In this document: positions 56,408 to 64,000 of the stretch, in pieces | Position numbering within the stretch: the first letter of the stretch is position 1 | Layout: every line of letters starts with the position of its first letter | Assembly: GCA_934096705.1 (NCBI GenBank) | Contig: CAKOMR010000007.1 | Location: forward strand, 690 to 64,689 | Source of the DNA: an uncultured Bacilli bacterium | Lineage (GTDB): Bacteria; Bacillota_I; Bacilli_A; RF39; UBA660 | Length of the DNA stretch: 64,000 nt | Reading direction: 5' to 3' | Made by a program: the position numbers and the translations under genes | The notes under the pieces: generated by a model | What the model was told of the DNA's origin: nothing | Database searches by the model: none | Seen by the model: the letters and a program-made list of their open reading frames with translations, nothing else

Positions 56408-58451
56408 AATTTTCTCCAATATTAATAGCTCGTTCAAAAAGATTATCTATTTTTTTATGTGAAACATAAATTAACGTTTTATAAGGAAAATTTTTTATTA
56501 TATTATTTATTATTGTCTTCTCCATAAAATAATCAGTTTCACTTAATGCTTCGTCTAAGACTAAAATTTTACTATCTTTCATTAATGCTCGAGCTAAAAT
56601 AATTCTTTGTTTTTCACCACCAGATATGTTAATTGAATCATTACTAATTCCAAAATTATATCTAAATTTTCTTTTATTAACTATCAAGTCTATCAAACAT
56701 ATTTTACATATTTTTTGAAATTTAATTTCATCATTTTGATTTAACATAATATTTTCTTTAATAGTACCAGTAAAAATTTTTTCTTTTTGCCCTACATAAA
56801 TAATATTGTCTCTAATCGTTCTCAAGCTGTAATCATTTAAACATATGTCATTAATATAAATATTACCTTTTGTAGGTTCAATACTTCGATTAATAAGTTT
56901 GCATAAAGTACTTTTTCCGCAACCAGAATTACCTTTTAATAATACTTTCTCGTTTTCCTTAATCAATAAATTAACATTTTCTAAAACATGATTATAATCA
57001 TTATAAGTAAAACTTACATTTTCTAAATTAATATTCCCCGTTATAAATTTTTGTTTATTACCAAGAGTTTCTTCTTTTATATCTATAAAATCACATATTT
57101 TTTCAAAACTTGCTCGTAAAAAATTATATTTAGGTATTAATGATATGATATTTTTTATTGGTTCAATAAAATATGAAACAAAAGTATTAAACATTACAAG
57201 TTCTATTAAAGTGAATTTGTTATTATAAATTAAGAAAAAACCAAAGGTATTTATTATAAATATGCTTAATTCATAAAGTATATTTCGAAAGAAATTTATA
57301 AAATTTAAACTGGTAGTAAATGAATAATTATCAAATATTAAATCACATGTTTTGCTTTCAATTTTACTCAAAACATTTTCTGTTTCATTTAAATTTTTAG
57401 TGCTACTTATCATATTAATATTTTCAACTAATACACTATTAAAAACAGTTTGATATTCAATATTTTTCTTTATTCTTCGATAAATATGAAAGCTTACTAG
57501 TAAAGAAAATAAAATATAAATAAGTACAAATGCGAGTAAAATTAAAGTTAATGTTTTATTAATAATAAATAAAGTAACAGATGAACCAAGAGAAACCAAA
57601 AGATTTAAAAAGGAAGTAACAAAAAGTTCCGAAAATAAATTTTTAATACTTCCAATTTCACCAACTCTGGTTATTATCTCTCCGGATGTTCTTGAAGCAA
57701 TAACATTTAAAGGAAGAGAAAATAAATGATTAAGAAAATTTTTATATACACTTATATCAATATTTTTATTTAAATGATTTTCGTAATAATCTTTTAAATA
57801 ATTAAATATAATTTTAAAAATTAAACTAACTAGGAAAAGAAAAATAATATATTTTATTAAAGCAGTCGATTCATTTAAAATTATTTGGTTTAAACTTTTA
57901 AAATATAAACCATAGATTATAGTAAAAATCATAAGAAATAAACTACATAAAAGCATATTTAAACATAGTTTTTTGTTGTCTTTTAAAATATTAAAAAATA
58001 ATGAGTATATATTACTTTCTTTTTCAAGAACGATTATTTTGTCTTTGGGATATAATTCTAATATAACTTCTGAAAATATGCTTTCAAACTTTTCTTTATC
58101 CATTATAATTTTTCCTTTATCTGGATCCATAAATACATAACCATTTTTTCTAATCTCATATAAACACATAAAATGTGCTAATCCATTTTCATAAATAACA
58201 TGTACAATACAAGGTAAAATAATTTTAGATAAGTCATTAATGCTAATTTTTTTTGCAGATACATCAAAGCCATAGTTTTCAGCAGCTTTTTGTAAATGAT
58301 AAACACTAACCCCCTGCAGTGAAGTAAATGTATCCATTCTTATTTTTTCCACAGAAACATATCCATCATAATATCTAATTATTGAAGATAAACAGCAAGC
58401 ACCACAATCTTTTATATCTTTCTGGCGAACAATAACCATTTTTCTTTTCAC
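56400..58451 (-). CDS. Peptidase-C39-domain bacteriocin/competence-peptide ABC exporter (PCAT)
   Basis: N-terminal VRQKDIKDCGACCLSSIIRYYDG (C39 catalytic Cys context), a six-TM domain, and an NBD with GNSGCGKSTL, ISGGEKQRIILARAL and ILVLDEALS. GTG start with RBS AGGAGG. Confidence 0.9.
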   Translation of the reverse strand: MKRKMVIVRQKDIKDCGACCLSSIIRYYDGYVSVEKIRMDTFTSLQGVSVYHLQKAAENYGFDVSAKKISINDLSKIILPCIVHVIYENGLAHFMCLYEIRKNGYVFMDPDKGKIIMDKEKFESIFSEVILELYPKDKIIVLEKESNIYSLFFNILKDNKKLCLNMLLCSLFLMIFTIIYGLYFKSLNQIILNESTALIKYIIFLFLVSLIFKIIFNYLKDYYENHLNKNIDISVYKNFLNHLFSLPLNVIASRTSGEIITRVGEIGSIKNLFSELFVTSFLNLLVSLGSSVTLFIINKTLTLILLAFVLIYILFSLLVSFHIYRRIKKNIEYQTVFNSVLVENINMISSTKNLNETENVLSKIESKTCDLIFDNYSFTTSLNFINFFRNILYELSIFIINTFGFFLIYNNKFTLIELVMFNTFVSYFIEPIKNIISLIPKYNFLRASFEKICDFIDIKEETLGNKQKFITGNINLENVSFTYNDYNHVLENVNLLIKENEKVLLKGNSGCGKSTLCKLINRSIEPTKGNIYINDICLNDYSLRTIRDNIIYVGQKEKIFTGTIKENIMLNQNDEIKFQKICKICLIDLIVNKRKFRYNFGISNDSINISGGEKQRIILARALMKDSKILVLDEALSETDYFMEKTIINNIIKNFPYKTLIYVSHKKIDNLFERAINIGENYE

Positions 58452-58608
58452 CTACTTTTTCCTCCTTTCACCCTACTTATACCCATTAAAACTAAATTTT
58501 CCTTTTATTTTTTTAAATTTTCTTTCTTTTTTTATATCTTCGCTTTTCTTTGCAGTTATATTTTTTATTCATGAAAATATAATTTACTAGAATAAGGAGG
58601 AAAAAAGT

Positions 58609-59103
58609 TTGATTAATAAACAAAACCTATGGTTTATAACTTTATTTGCATTAATATTAATACTAGGAATTTATTATATAAGTTTGCCAGACAATAGCTT
58701 GCCAACATTTTCTAGCACTGAAAACAACTTAGATAATGCCATAAAAGTTACTGATTCTGATGTAATAATTGCTTTAAAAGTTGAGGAAGAAGAAAAGATT
58801 TTAAAAGAAATGGAAAATGCCCAAAAAATTCTTTTAGATAGTAGTTCTACAACAGAGCAAAAAAATGTTGCTTATGAATCTTTACAAGAACTAAATTCAA
58901 AAAAAGGTAAAATAATAGAAATCGAAAAACTTATAAAAGAAAAATTTAGTTTAGATTCTTGTGTAAAAATCGAAGGAAATAAAATAAATATTACCTTGTC
59001 AAGCAAAAATCAAGATGCTGAGTTTGCAAACAATGTTATAAAATCTGTACAATCTCTTTATACTGAGCAGATGTATATAACCGTTAAGTTTCAAGATAAA
59101 TAG
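58609..59103 (+). CDS. SpoIIIAH-like protein
   Basis: TTG start after AAGGAGG. NLWFITLFALILILGIYYIS TM, a coiled region, and ...KIEGNKINITLSSKNQD...ITVKFQ, closely resembling the SpoIIIAH C-terminal YscJ-like domain. Confidence 0.65.
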   Translation: MINKQNLWFITLFALILILGIYYISLPDNSLPTFSSTENNLDNAIKVTDSDVIIALKVEEEEKILKEMENAQKILLDSSSTTEQKNVAYESLQELNSKKGKIIEIEKLIKEKFSLDSCVKIEGNKINITLSSKNQDAEFANNVIKSVQSLYTEQMYITVKFQDK

Positions 59104-59171
59104 GCATATGTAAGGACCTTTTTTATAAAAATTTCATAAAATACTATGAATAGTGTAAGAAAGGAAGGCCT

Positions 59172-59378
59172 ATGAAAAAACTACTTACTAAAAGAGAACA
59201 CGAAATATTTTCGCTTTTAGTACTTAACAAAACAACTAAAGAAATATCCGAGCAATTAAATATTAGTCAAAAAACTGTCCGTAATCATATATCAAATACA
59301 ATGCAAAAATTAGGTGTAAAGGGCCGTTGTAATGCTATAATTGAATTATTAAAACTTGGAGCAATTTCATTAGATTAA
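59172..59378 (+). CDS. gerE: GerE-like LuxR-family HTH regulator (single domain, 68 aa)
   Basis: LLTKREHEIFSLLVLNKTTKEISEQLNISQKTVRNHISNTMQKLGVKGRCNAIIELLKLG is near-collinear with B. subtilis GerE. Confidence 0.8.
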   Translation: MKKLLTKREHEIFSLLVLNKTTKEISEQLNISQKTVRNHISNTMQKLGVKGRCNAIIELLKLGAISLD

Positions 59379-59381
59379 TCC

Positions 59382-59402
59382 AAAAGCCCTCGGGCTTTTT
59401 TT
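59382..59402 (+). terminator. Rho-independent terminator after the gerE-like gene
   Basis: AAAAGCCCTCGGGCTTTTTTT. Confidence 0.7.
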
Positions 59403-59445
59403 GAATAATGAGAAATTTTTTTAATATAATTTATTAGGTGATAAC

Positions 59446-60345
59446 ATGCTTAAAAAAAGAGCTATAAAAAGAATCATTACTTCTACTGGAGCATTATTTA
59501 TTTTTTTATTAATATATATTTTTCCAAAACAAGAAAAATATAGCATTCCCGAAGAAGTAATTTATGTTAATGAACTTACAATGCCTCTTTACACACTTGA
59601 TCAAAATAGTTATGTTGCTAGAACTAATATTATAAAAAAAAATGAAGATGATATAAATTATATAGTAAGTGTACTTACTAAAAATAGTATTAATTCAAAT
59701 TATTTGGCTACAAATTTTTCACCAATAATTCCAGAAAACACAAAACTACTTGATTACTCATTAAACGATAATATTTTAAAACTAAACTTTTCCAAAGAAT
59801 TATTAAATGTAAGTGAAAAAGATGAAGAAAAAATGATTGAAAGTTTAATATACTCTTTATGTGAAATTAAGGACGTTAATAAAATAATGATATTTGTCGA
59901 AGGAAAAGAATTAAATGAACTACCAAATTCAAAAATAAAATTACCTACTGTGCTTGATAAAAGTTTTGGTGTAAATAAAGTGTATGATGTTAATAATATA
60001 AAAGGTATTGTTAAAACTACTGTATACTATATGAACAAATATGATGATAACCTATATTATGTACCAATTACAAAAATTACAAATAGTGATAAAAAGTGCA
60101 TTGAAATAATTATAGATGAGCTTAAATCATCCCCTACTTATGAAAGTAATTTATTAAGTTTTTTAACAGCTTCTTATGAACTTGAAAATTATGAAATATT
60201 AGATAACTCTATATCACTTACTTTTAATAATAAATTACTGGCTAATTTAAATGATGAACAAATTATAGAAAAAGTAAAATACTCTCTTGCTCTTTCAATT
60301 AGAGATTCATTAAATATCGAAGATATAGTTATAAATATTAATTAA
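59446..60345 (+). CDS. gerM: GerM-like protein (two GerMN-type repeats, N-terminal anchor)
   Basis: TM IITSTGALFIFLLIYIF. Repeated modules end ...ILKLNFSKELL and ...ISLTFNNKLL, as in GerMN domains. Confidence 0.6.
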   Translation: MLKKRAIKRIITSTGALFIFLLIYIFPKQEKYSIPEEVIYVNELTMPLYTLDQNSYVARTNIIKKNEDDINYIVSVLTKNSINSNYLATNFSPIIPENTKLLDYSLNDNILKLNFSKELLNVSEKDEEKMIESLIYSLCEIKDVNKIMIFVEGKELNELPNSKIKLPTVLDKSFGVNKVYDVNNIKGIVKTTVYYMNKYDDNLYYVPITKITNSDKKCIEIIIDELKSSPTYESNLLSFLTASYELENYEILDNSISLTFNNKLLANLNDEQIIEKVKYSLALSIRDSLNIEDIVININ

Positions 60346-60364
60346 TTGTAAATACTAAATATTA

Positions 60365-60703
60365 GTGATAATTATGCCAATAATAGTATATAAAAATAAA
60401 TTTAAAGACTATGAATTAAGTTTTGCTTTTAATCTAGAATATATAAAAGGTTACAAACTTAAAAATAAAGATTATAATGAACTTTTTTCTGAAAATATCA
60501 AAAATATCATAAATGAGTCTATAGAAAATTTTAATGAAGATATTTATCAAAATTATTTAAGTGAATATAAAATAACATTTATTGCTTTAACTAAATATTT
60601 TATGGATAAAATACCTGATATTTTTTCTATTAAATACGAAAATAATAATGAAAACTCAATATTTTATGCTGACGAAATACAAAATTTAACAAAAAATGAC
60701 TAA
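60365..60703 (+). CDS. Hypothetical cytoplasmic protein
   Basis: ORF only (GTG at 60365 or ATG at 60374). No recognised motif. Confidence 0.35.
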   Translation: MIIMPIIVYKNKFKDYELSFAFNLEYIKGYKLKNKDYNELFSENIKNIINESIENFNEDIYQNYLSEYKITFIALTKYFMDKIPDIFSIKYENNNENSIFYADEIQNLTKND

Positions 60704-60709
60704 ATTTAC

Positions 60710-60738
60710 TTGTATTTAATTAAACATTGATATATAAT
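60710..60738 (+). promoter_or_regulatory. Putative promoter for tRNA-Arg (TTGTAT-17 nt-TATAAT)
   Basis: TTGTAT at 60710..60715 and TATAAT at 60733..60738, 11 nt before the tRNA 5' end. Confidence 0.45.
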
Positions 60739-60749
60739 TTAATTGTGAT

Positions 60750-60826
<77 letters not shown>

Positions 60827-60860
60827 ATTGATAATAAACTCGGTTTTTATCGAGTATAAT

Positions 60861-60890
60861 AAAAACGGCTTTTTATAAGTCGTTTTTATA
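60861..60890 (+). terminator. Terminator hairpin(s) downstream of tRNA-Arg
   Basis: AAAACGGC-tttttataa-GTCGTTTT followed by T/A-rich sequence. A smaller ACTCG/CGAGT hairpin lies at 60838..60855. Confidence 0.5.
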
Positions 60891-60963
60891 TTATTAAAAT
60901 AATGCATTTAATATTTTTATTAAATGTTTTTTTATTTTCAAAAAAATAGAACAAGATTTTATC

Positions 60964-62364
60964 TTATTCTACTATTCCATCTAAACTAAAACTTTTAGCA
61001 TCAGTTATTTTTACATTAACAATTTGGCCAATTAGTGATTTATCACAAGAAACATTTACAAGTTTCATTGTATCAGTATAACCGAAACATTTTTCTGGGT
61101 CTTTTTCACTTTCTCCTATTAAAAGAACAGAAACTACTCTACCCAAAAGTTTTTCATTACTTTCTTTTGAATATTTATTAATAAGTTCATTTAACTCATG
61201 TAATCTTCTTTCTTTATCTTCCTTTGAAACATCATCTTTCATAAGTGATGATGCAGTTCCTTTTCTTTCAGAATAAATAAATGTATAAGCACCATCATAC
61301 TTAAGTTTATTAACAACATCTAAAGTTTCTTTGAAGTCTTCCTCTGTTTCTGATGGAAAACCAACAATAATATCAGTAGTAATGCATACTCCTGGTATTT
61401 TTTCTTTCATTTTATTAAATAAATTAATATATTCTTCTTTAGTATATCGACGATTCATCTTCTTTAAAATTCTATCACTACCAGATTGAATAGGAAGATG
61501 AATATAAGGCATAACATTTTCATATTTTGCAATTACGTCAATCATTTTGTCAGTAAAATTCCAAGGATGAGACGTAACAAATCTAAGTCTTGGTATGCCA
61601 AGTTTTGCAACATTTTCAAGTAAATCTGCAAAATCATATCCTAAATTTAAATCATTTCCATAAGCATTAACATTTTGCCCTAATAAAGTTATTTCTTTAT
61701 ATCCATTTTGAACAAGGCATTTGCATTCTTCTATAATTGCCTCCATTTTTCTACTTCTTTCTCTTCCTCTAGTAAATGGAACTATACAGTAAGTACAAAA
61801 TTTGTCACAACCAAACATAACGTTTACCCATGCACATATATTTGAATCTCTTTTATAAATAATATTTTCTGGAACAACATCACTATTTGATTGAACAAAA
61901 ATATTTTGCTTATCTAATTTTTCTAATAACAATTTTGGTAAATCAAAAATATTATTTGGTCCAATGACAATATCAACATACTTATGATTTTTTTCAATAT
62001 CCTCGACAACATCAACTTGACCTGCCATACAGCCCATTAAAACAATTATTAAATCCTTTTTTATATTTTTTAAATGTTTGCATCTTCCTAAATAGCCAAA
62101 AACTTTATCATGAGCATTTTCTCTTATAGCGCATGTATTTAAAACTACTACATCTGCATCATCTAATTCATTTGTTTTAGAAAATCCTAATCTTTCCAAG
62201 AAAGAAGCAATTGCTTCAGAATCATGAACGTTCATTTGACAGCCATAAGTTTTTAAAAAATATTTTTTATTTTCATAAACTTTTTGAATTGCATTATCTA
62301 TATTTAAATAATTAATATTAACTTTCTCTCTATTTCTTGCAACATTATAATCGGGTTTTAACAT
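60964..62364 (-). CDS. miaB: tRNA-i6A37 methylthiotransferase MiaB
   Basis: UPF0004 domain (TYGCQMN...LNTCAIRE), radical SAM CDKFCTYC and a C-terminal TRAM domain. Confidence 0.93.
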   Translation of the reverse strand: MLKPDYNVARNREKVNINYLNIDNAIQKVYENKKYFLKTYGCQMNVHDSEAIASFLERLGFSKTNELDDADVVVLNTCAIRENAHDKVFGYLGRCKHLKNIKKDLIIVLMGCMAGQVDVVEDIEKNHKYVDIVIGPNNIFDLPKLLLEKLDKQNIFVQSNSDVVPENIIYKRDSNICAWVNVMFGCDKFCTYCIVPFTRGRERSRKMEAIIEECKCLVQNGYKEITLLGQNVNAYGNDLNLGYDFADLLENVAKLGIPRLRFVTSHPWNFTDKMIDVIAKYENVMPYIHLPIQSGSDRILKKMNRRYTKEEYINLFNKMKEKIPGVCITTDIIVGFPSETEEDFKETLDVVNKLKYDGAYTFIYSERKGTASSLMKDDVSKEDKERRLHELNELINKYSKESNEKLLGRVVSVLLIGESEKDPEKCFGYTDTMKLVNVSCDKSLIGQIVNVKITDAKSFSLDGIVE

Positions 62365-62591
62365 AAAAAATCACTTCCAACAAAATGTATTATAACAAAA
62401 TTAACATTTAATTGAAAGGGATTTTGGATATTCTAGGATATTTATTAAGTTTAAAGTTTAATGAAGAAGTATTTTTAAATTAGGGATGCATGATATGAAT
62501 TACTTTTTATCCAAAACCCGCTTTCACGTTGTAATTTACTCTAATTTAAAACCAATTTCAAGCACTTCGACAAAACTAGAAAAAACTAGAA

Positions 62592-63773
62592 TTATTTTGA
62601 CATTTTTCGACGTTTTTTTCTCATTCTTTTTAAAAGTTTTTTTACTATTTTCCAAAACATATATAATAAAATTATAGTTACAATAATTATAATAATTGAT
62701 GGATTATATTTTATATTTTTATCTAGATGTACATCTAAAGAAGTAAGTAAATTATCGCCATTATAAATATTTATTTTTCCAAGAAGCGTGCCTTTTTTTG
62801 TTTTGTATTTTATTTTTTCCACTCCATCAAATTCATAAGTAATATCAGCATTATTTTTTAAATACATTTCAATATCATCATTACCATAAATTATATATTC
62901 TTTTTCTTTACTTTTTTCTATAGGTAATCTCTTTATTTCTGTTTCCTTTGACAAAACTTTTTGATAACTATAATTATCTTTATAATAATCATATATAGTT
63001 AAAGAATCTTTTATTGCACTTGATGATTTTAAGGGATTTGATCCCAAAACTATAAGCATATAATCTACATTATTTAAGTTAGCAGTAGAAGCAAGGCATC
63101 TTCCCGCATCTAAAGTAAATCCTGTTTTTGCGCCTAAAATTTCATCTGTATTTAAGCCATTTTTATAAACATCAAGAGTTCTTAAAAGTTCAATTCCATT
63201 CGTTGTGGTATAACTTTTTGTAGTAAAAATCTTTTTAAAAGTATCATTTTTTAATGCATATGATAATAAAATAGAAACATCTTTTGCACTAGAATAGTTA
63301 TTTTCATCATCCATACCAATCGGATTTGAAAATGAAGTATTATTCATACCAATTTTTTTTGCTAATTCATTCATTTGATTAATAAAACTATCATAACCTA
63401 AAGTATTATTTATTATTGCATTTACCGCATCTGCACCACTTGGAAGCAAAATACCATATAATAAATCTAAATAAGTTACTTTATCATTTTCTTTAAAGCC
63501 AGCTTTTGAATAACCATTTAAACCCTCGAAATCTTTATTTTTAATAACTACATACTCATTTAAATCATTAATGTTTTCAATTGCAACAATACTAGTCATG
63601 ATTTTTGTTAAACTAGCAATTGAAACTTTTTCATTCTCATTTAAATTATATAAAACTGTATTATCAATTAAATTATATAAAATAATATTTTTGCTAGTTA
63701 CATCAAATTCATCAGCATATACAAAGCTAATACTTAGAAAAAAAGTTAAAATAATAGCATATATTTTCTTCAT
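62592..63773 (-). CDS. D-alanyl-D-alanine carboxypeptidase (PBP5/DacA-DacB-like) with a C-terminal membrane anchor
   Basis: Signal MKKIYAIILTFFLSISFVYA (start 63773, RBS GGTGGT), then SxxK ASLTKIM, LPSGADA and KTGFT. C-terminal TM IIIIIVTIILLYMFW. Confidence 0.85.
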   Translation of the reverse strand: MKKIYAIILTFFLSISFVYADEFDVTSKNIILYNLIDNTVLYNLNENEKVSIASLTKIMTSIVAIENINDLNEYVVIKNKDFEGLNGYSKAGFKENDKVTYLDLLYGILLPSGADAVNAIINNTLGYDSFINQMNELAKKIGMNNTSFSNPIGMDDENNYSSAKDVSILLSYALKNDTFKKIFTTKSYTTTNGIELLRTLDVYKNGLNTDEILGAKTGFTLDAGRCLASTANLNNVDYMLIVLGSNPLKSSSAIKDSLTIYDYYKDNYSYQKVLSKETEIKRLPIEKSKEKEYIIYGNDDIEMYLKNNADITYEFDGVEKIKYKTKKGTLLGKINIYNGDNLLTSLDVHLDKNIKYNPSIIIIIVTIILLYMFWKIVKKLLKRMRKKRRKMSK

Positions 63774-63862
63774 TTTTACCACCATACTAAAATTATAACA
63801 CAATAAAATTATTTAGAAATTAAAATAAATTAACTTGACATGATATTTAAACTTTGACATAA

Positions 63863-63895
63863 AAAAGCACCATTTTTAATTTAAATGATGCTTTT
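63863..63895 (-). terminator. Rho-independent terminator after the partial upstream gene
   Basis: 13-bp stem AAAGCAUCAUUU.../...AAAUGGUGCUUU on the minus strand, followed by a U-run. The single odd pair is G-U only on the minus strand. Confidence 0.6.
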
Positions 63896-63897
63896 AA

Positions 63898-63999
63898 TTA
63901 AATATTATATTTTTTATTTTCTATACAATCATTAATTTTTTCAACAAACTTTTCTGTTGACATAGTTATAGTTTCAGGATTTCCAAATTTACGATAACT
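63898..63999 (-). CDS. 3' end of an unidentified gene entering from the right edge (...SYRKFGNPETITMSTEKFVEKINDCIENKKYNI*)
   Basis: An open minus-strand frame from the window edge to the TAA at 63900..63898, followed by a terminator. Confidence 0.4.
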   Translation of the reverse strand, partial: SYRKFGNPETITMSTEKFVEKINDCIENKKYNI

Positions 64000-64000
64000 A

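Overview
This is a very AT-rich chromosomal window (about 25-30 % G+C by eye) that uses the standard bacterial code: Trp is TGG, and TGA acts as a stop in ATGA gene overlaps. It comes from a low-GC Firmicute. Lineage clues are Bacillus-type DnaB/DnaI helicase loaders, RNase J, a T-box, an L20-leader attenuator, GerE/GerM/SpoIIIAH homologues, sortase, LtaS and MurC/MurD. This points to a Bacilli- or Erysipelotrichia-like wall-bearing organism with sporulation genes; I cannot name it further. About 85 % of genes lie on the minus strand. Most of the content is housekeeping: ftsA (partial), infC-rpmI-rplT, recA, dnaB-dnaI, rnj, ssb-like, sufB, tgt-queA, ileS, nrdDG, murC, dusB, rmuC, lysS, murD, alaS, ltaS-like, yqeY-rpsU, tRNA-Arg(UCU), miaB and a DacA-like PBP. 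I saw no CRISPR array, rRNA, transposase, integrase or prophage. Eight things stand out. (1) Two small genes are missing or mis-called in the ORF track (55684..55993, minus). They encode a pair of double-glycine-leader peptides directly behind a C39-peptidase ABC exporter and a mini accessory protein. This looks like a compact two-peptide bacteriocin-type locus with no recognisable immunity gene, abutting the rpsU promoter. (2) A family of four secreted proteins has camelysin/TasA-like (SipW-type) [ST][YF][AS]Y[FL] N-termini. Three sit in a cluster at 13031..15670 and a paralogue sits at 38509..39198. No cognate signal peptidase is in the window. (3) A class-B-like sortase carries a ~275-aa cytoplasmic N-terminal extension and is divergently paired with an NPDTG-sorting-signal surface protein. 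(4) Ribosomal protein L20 is fused to a Rho_N/SAP-like C-terminal module. (5) AlaRS is short (583 aa) and lacks the C-Ala domain. (6) A perfect 16-bp palindrome lies at about -41.5 of a predicted nrdDG promoter, next to a divergent Crp/Fnr gene. (7) The regulatory RNAs are an Ile T-box and an L20 leader, and infC has an ATA start. (8) A ~190-nt structured intergenic region is unclassified.
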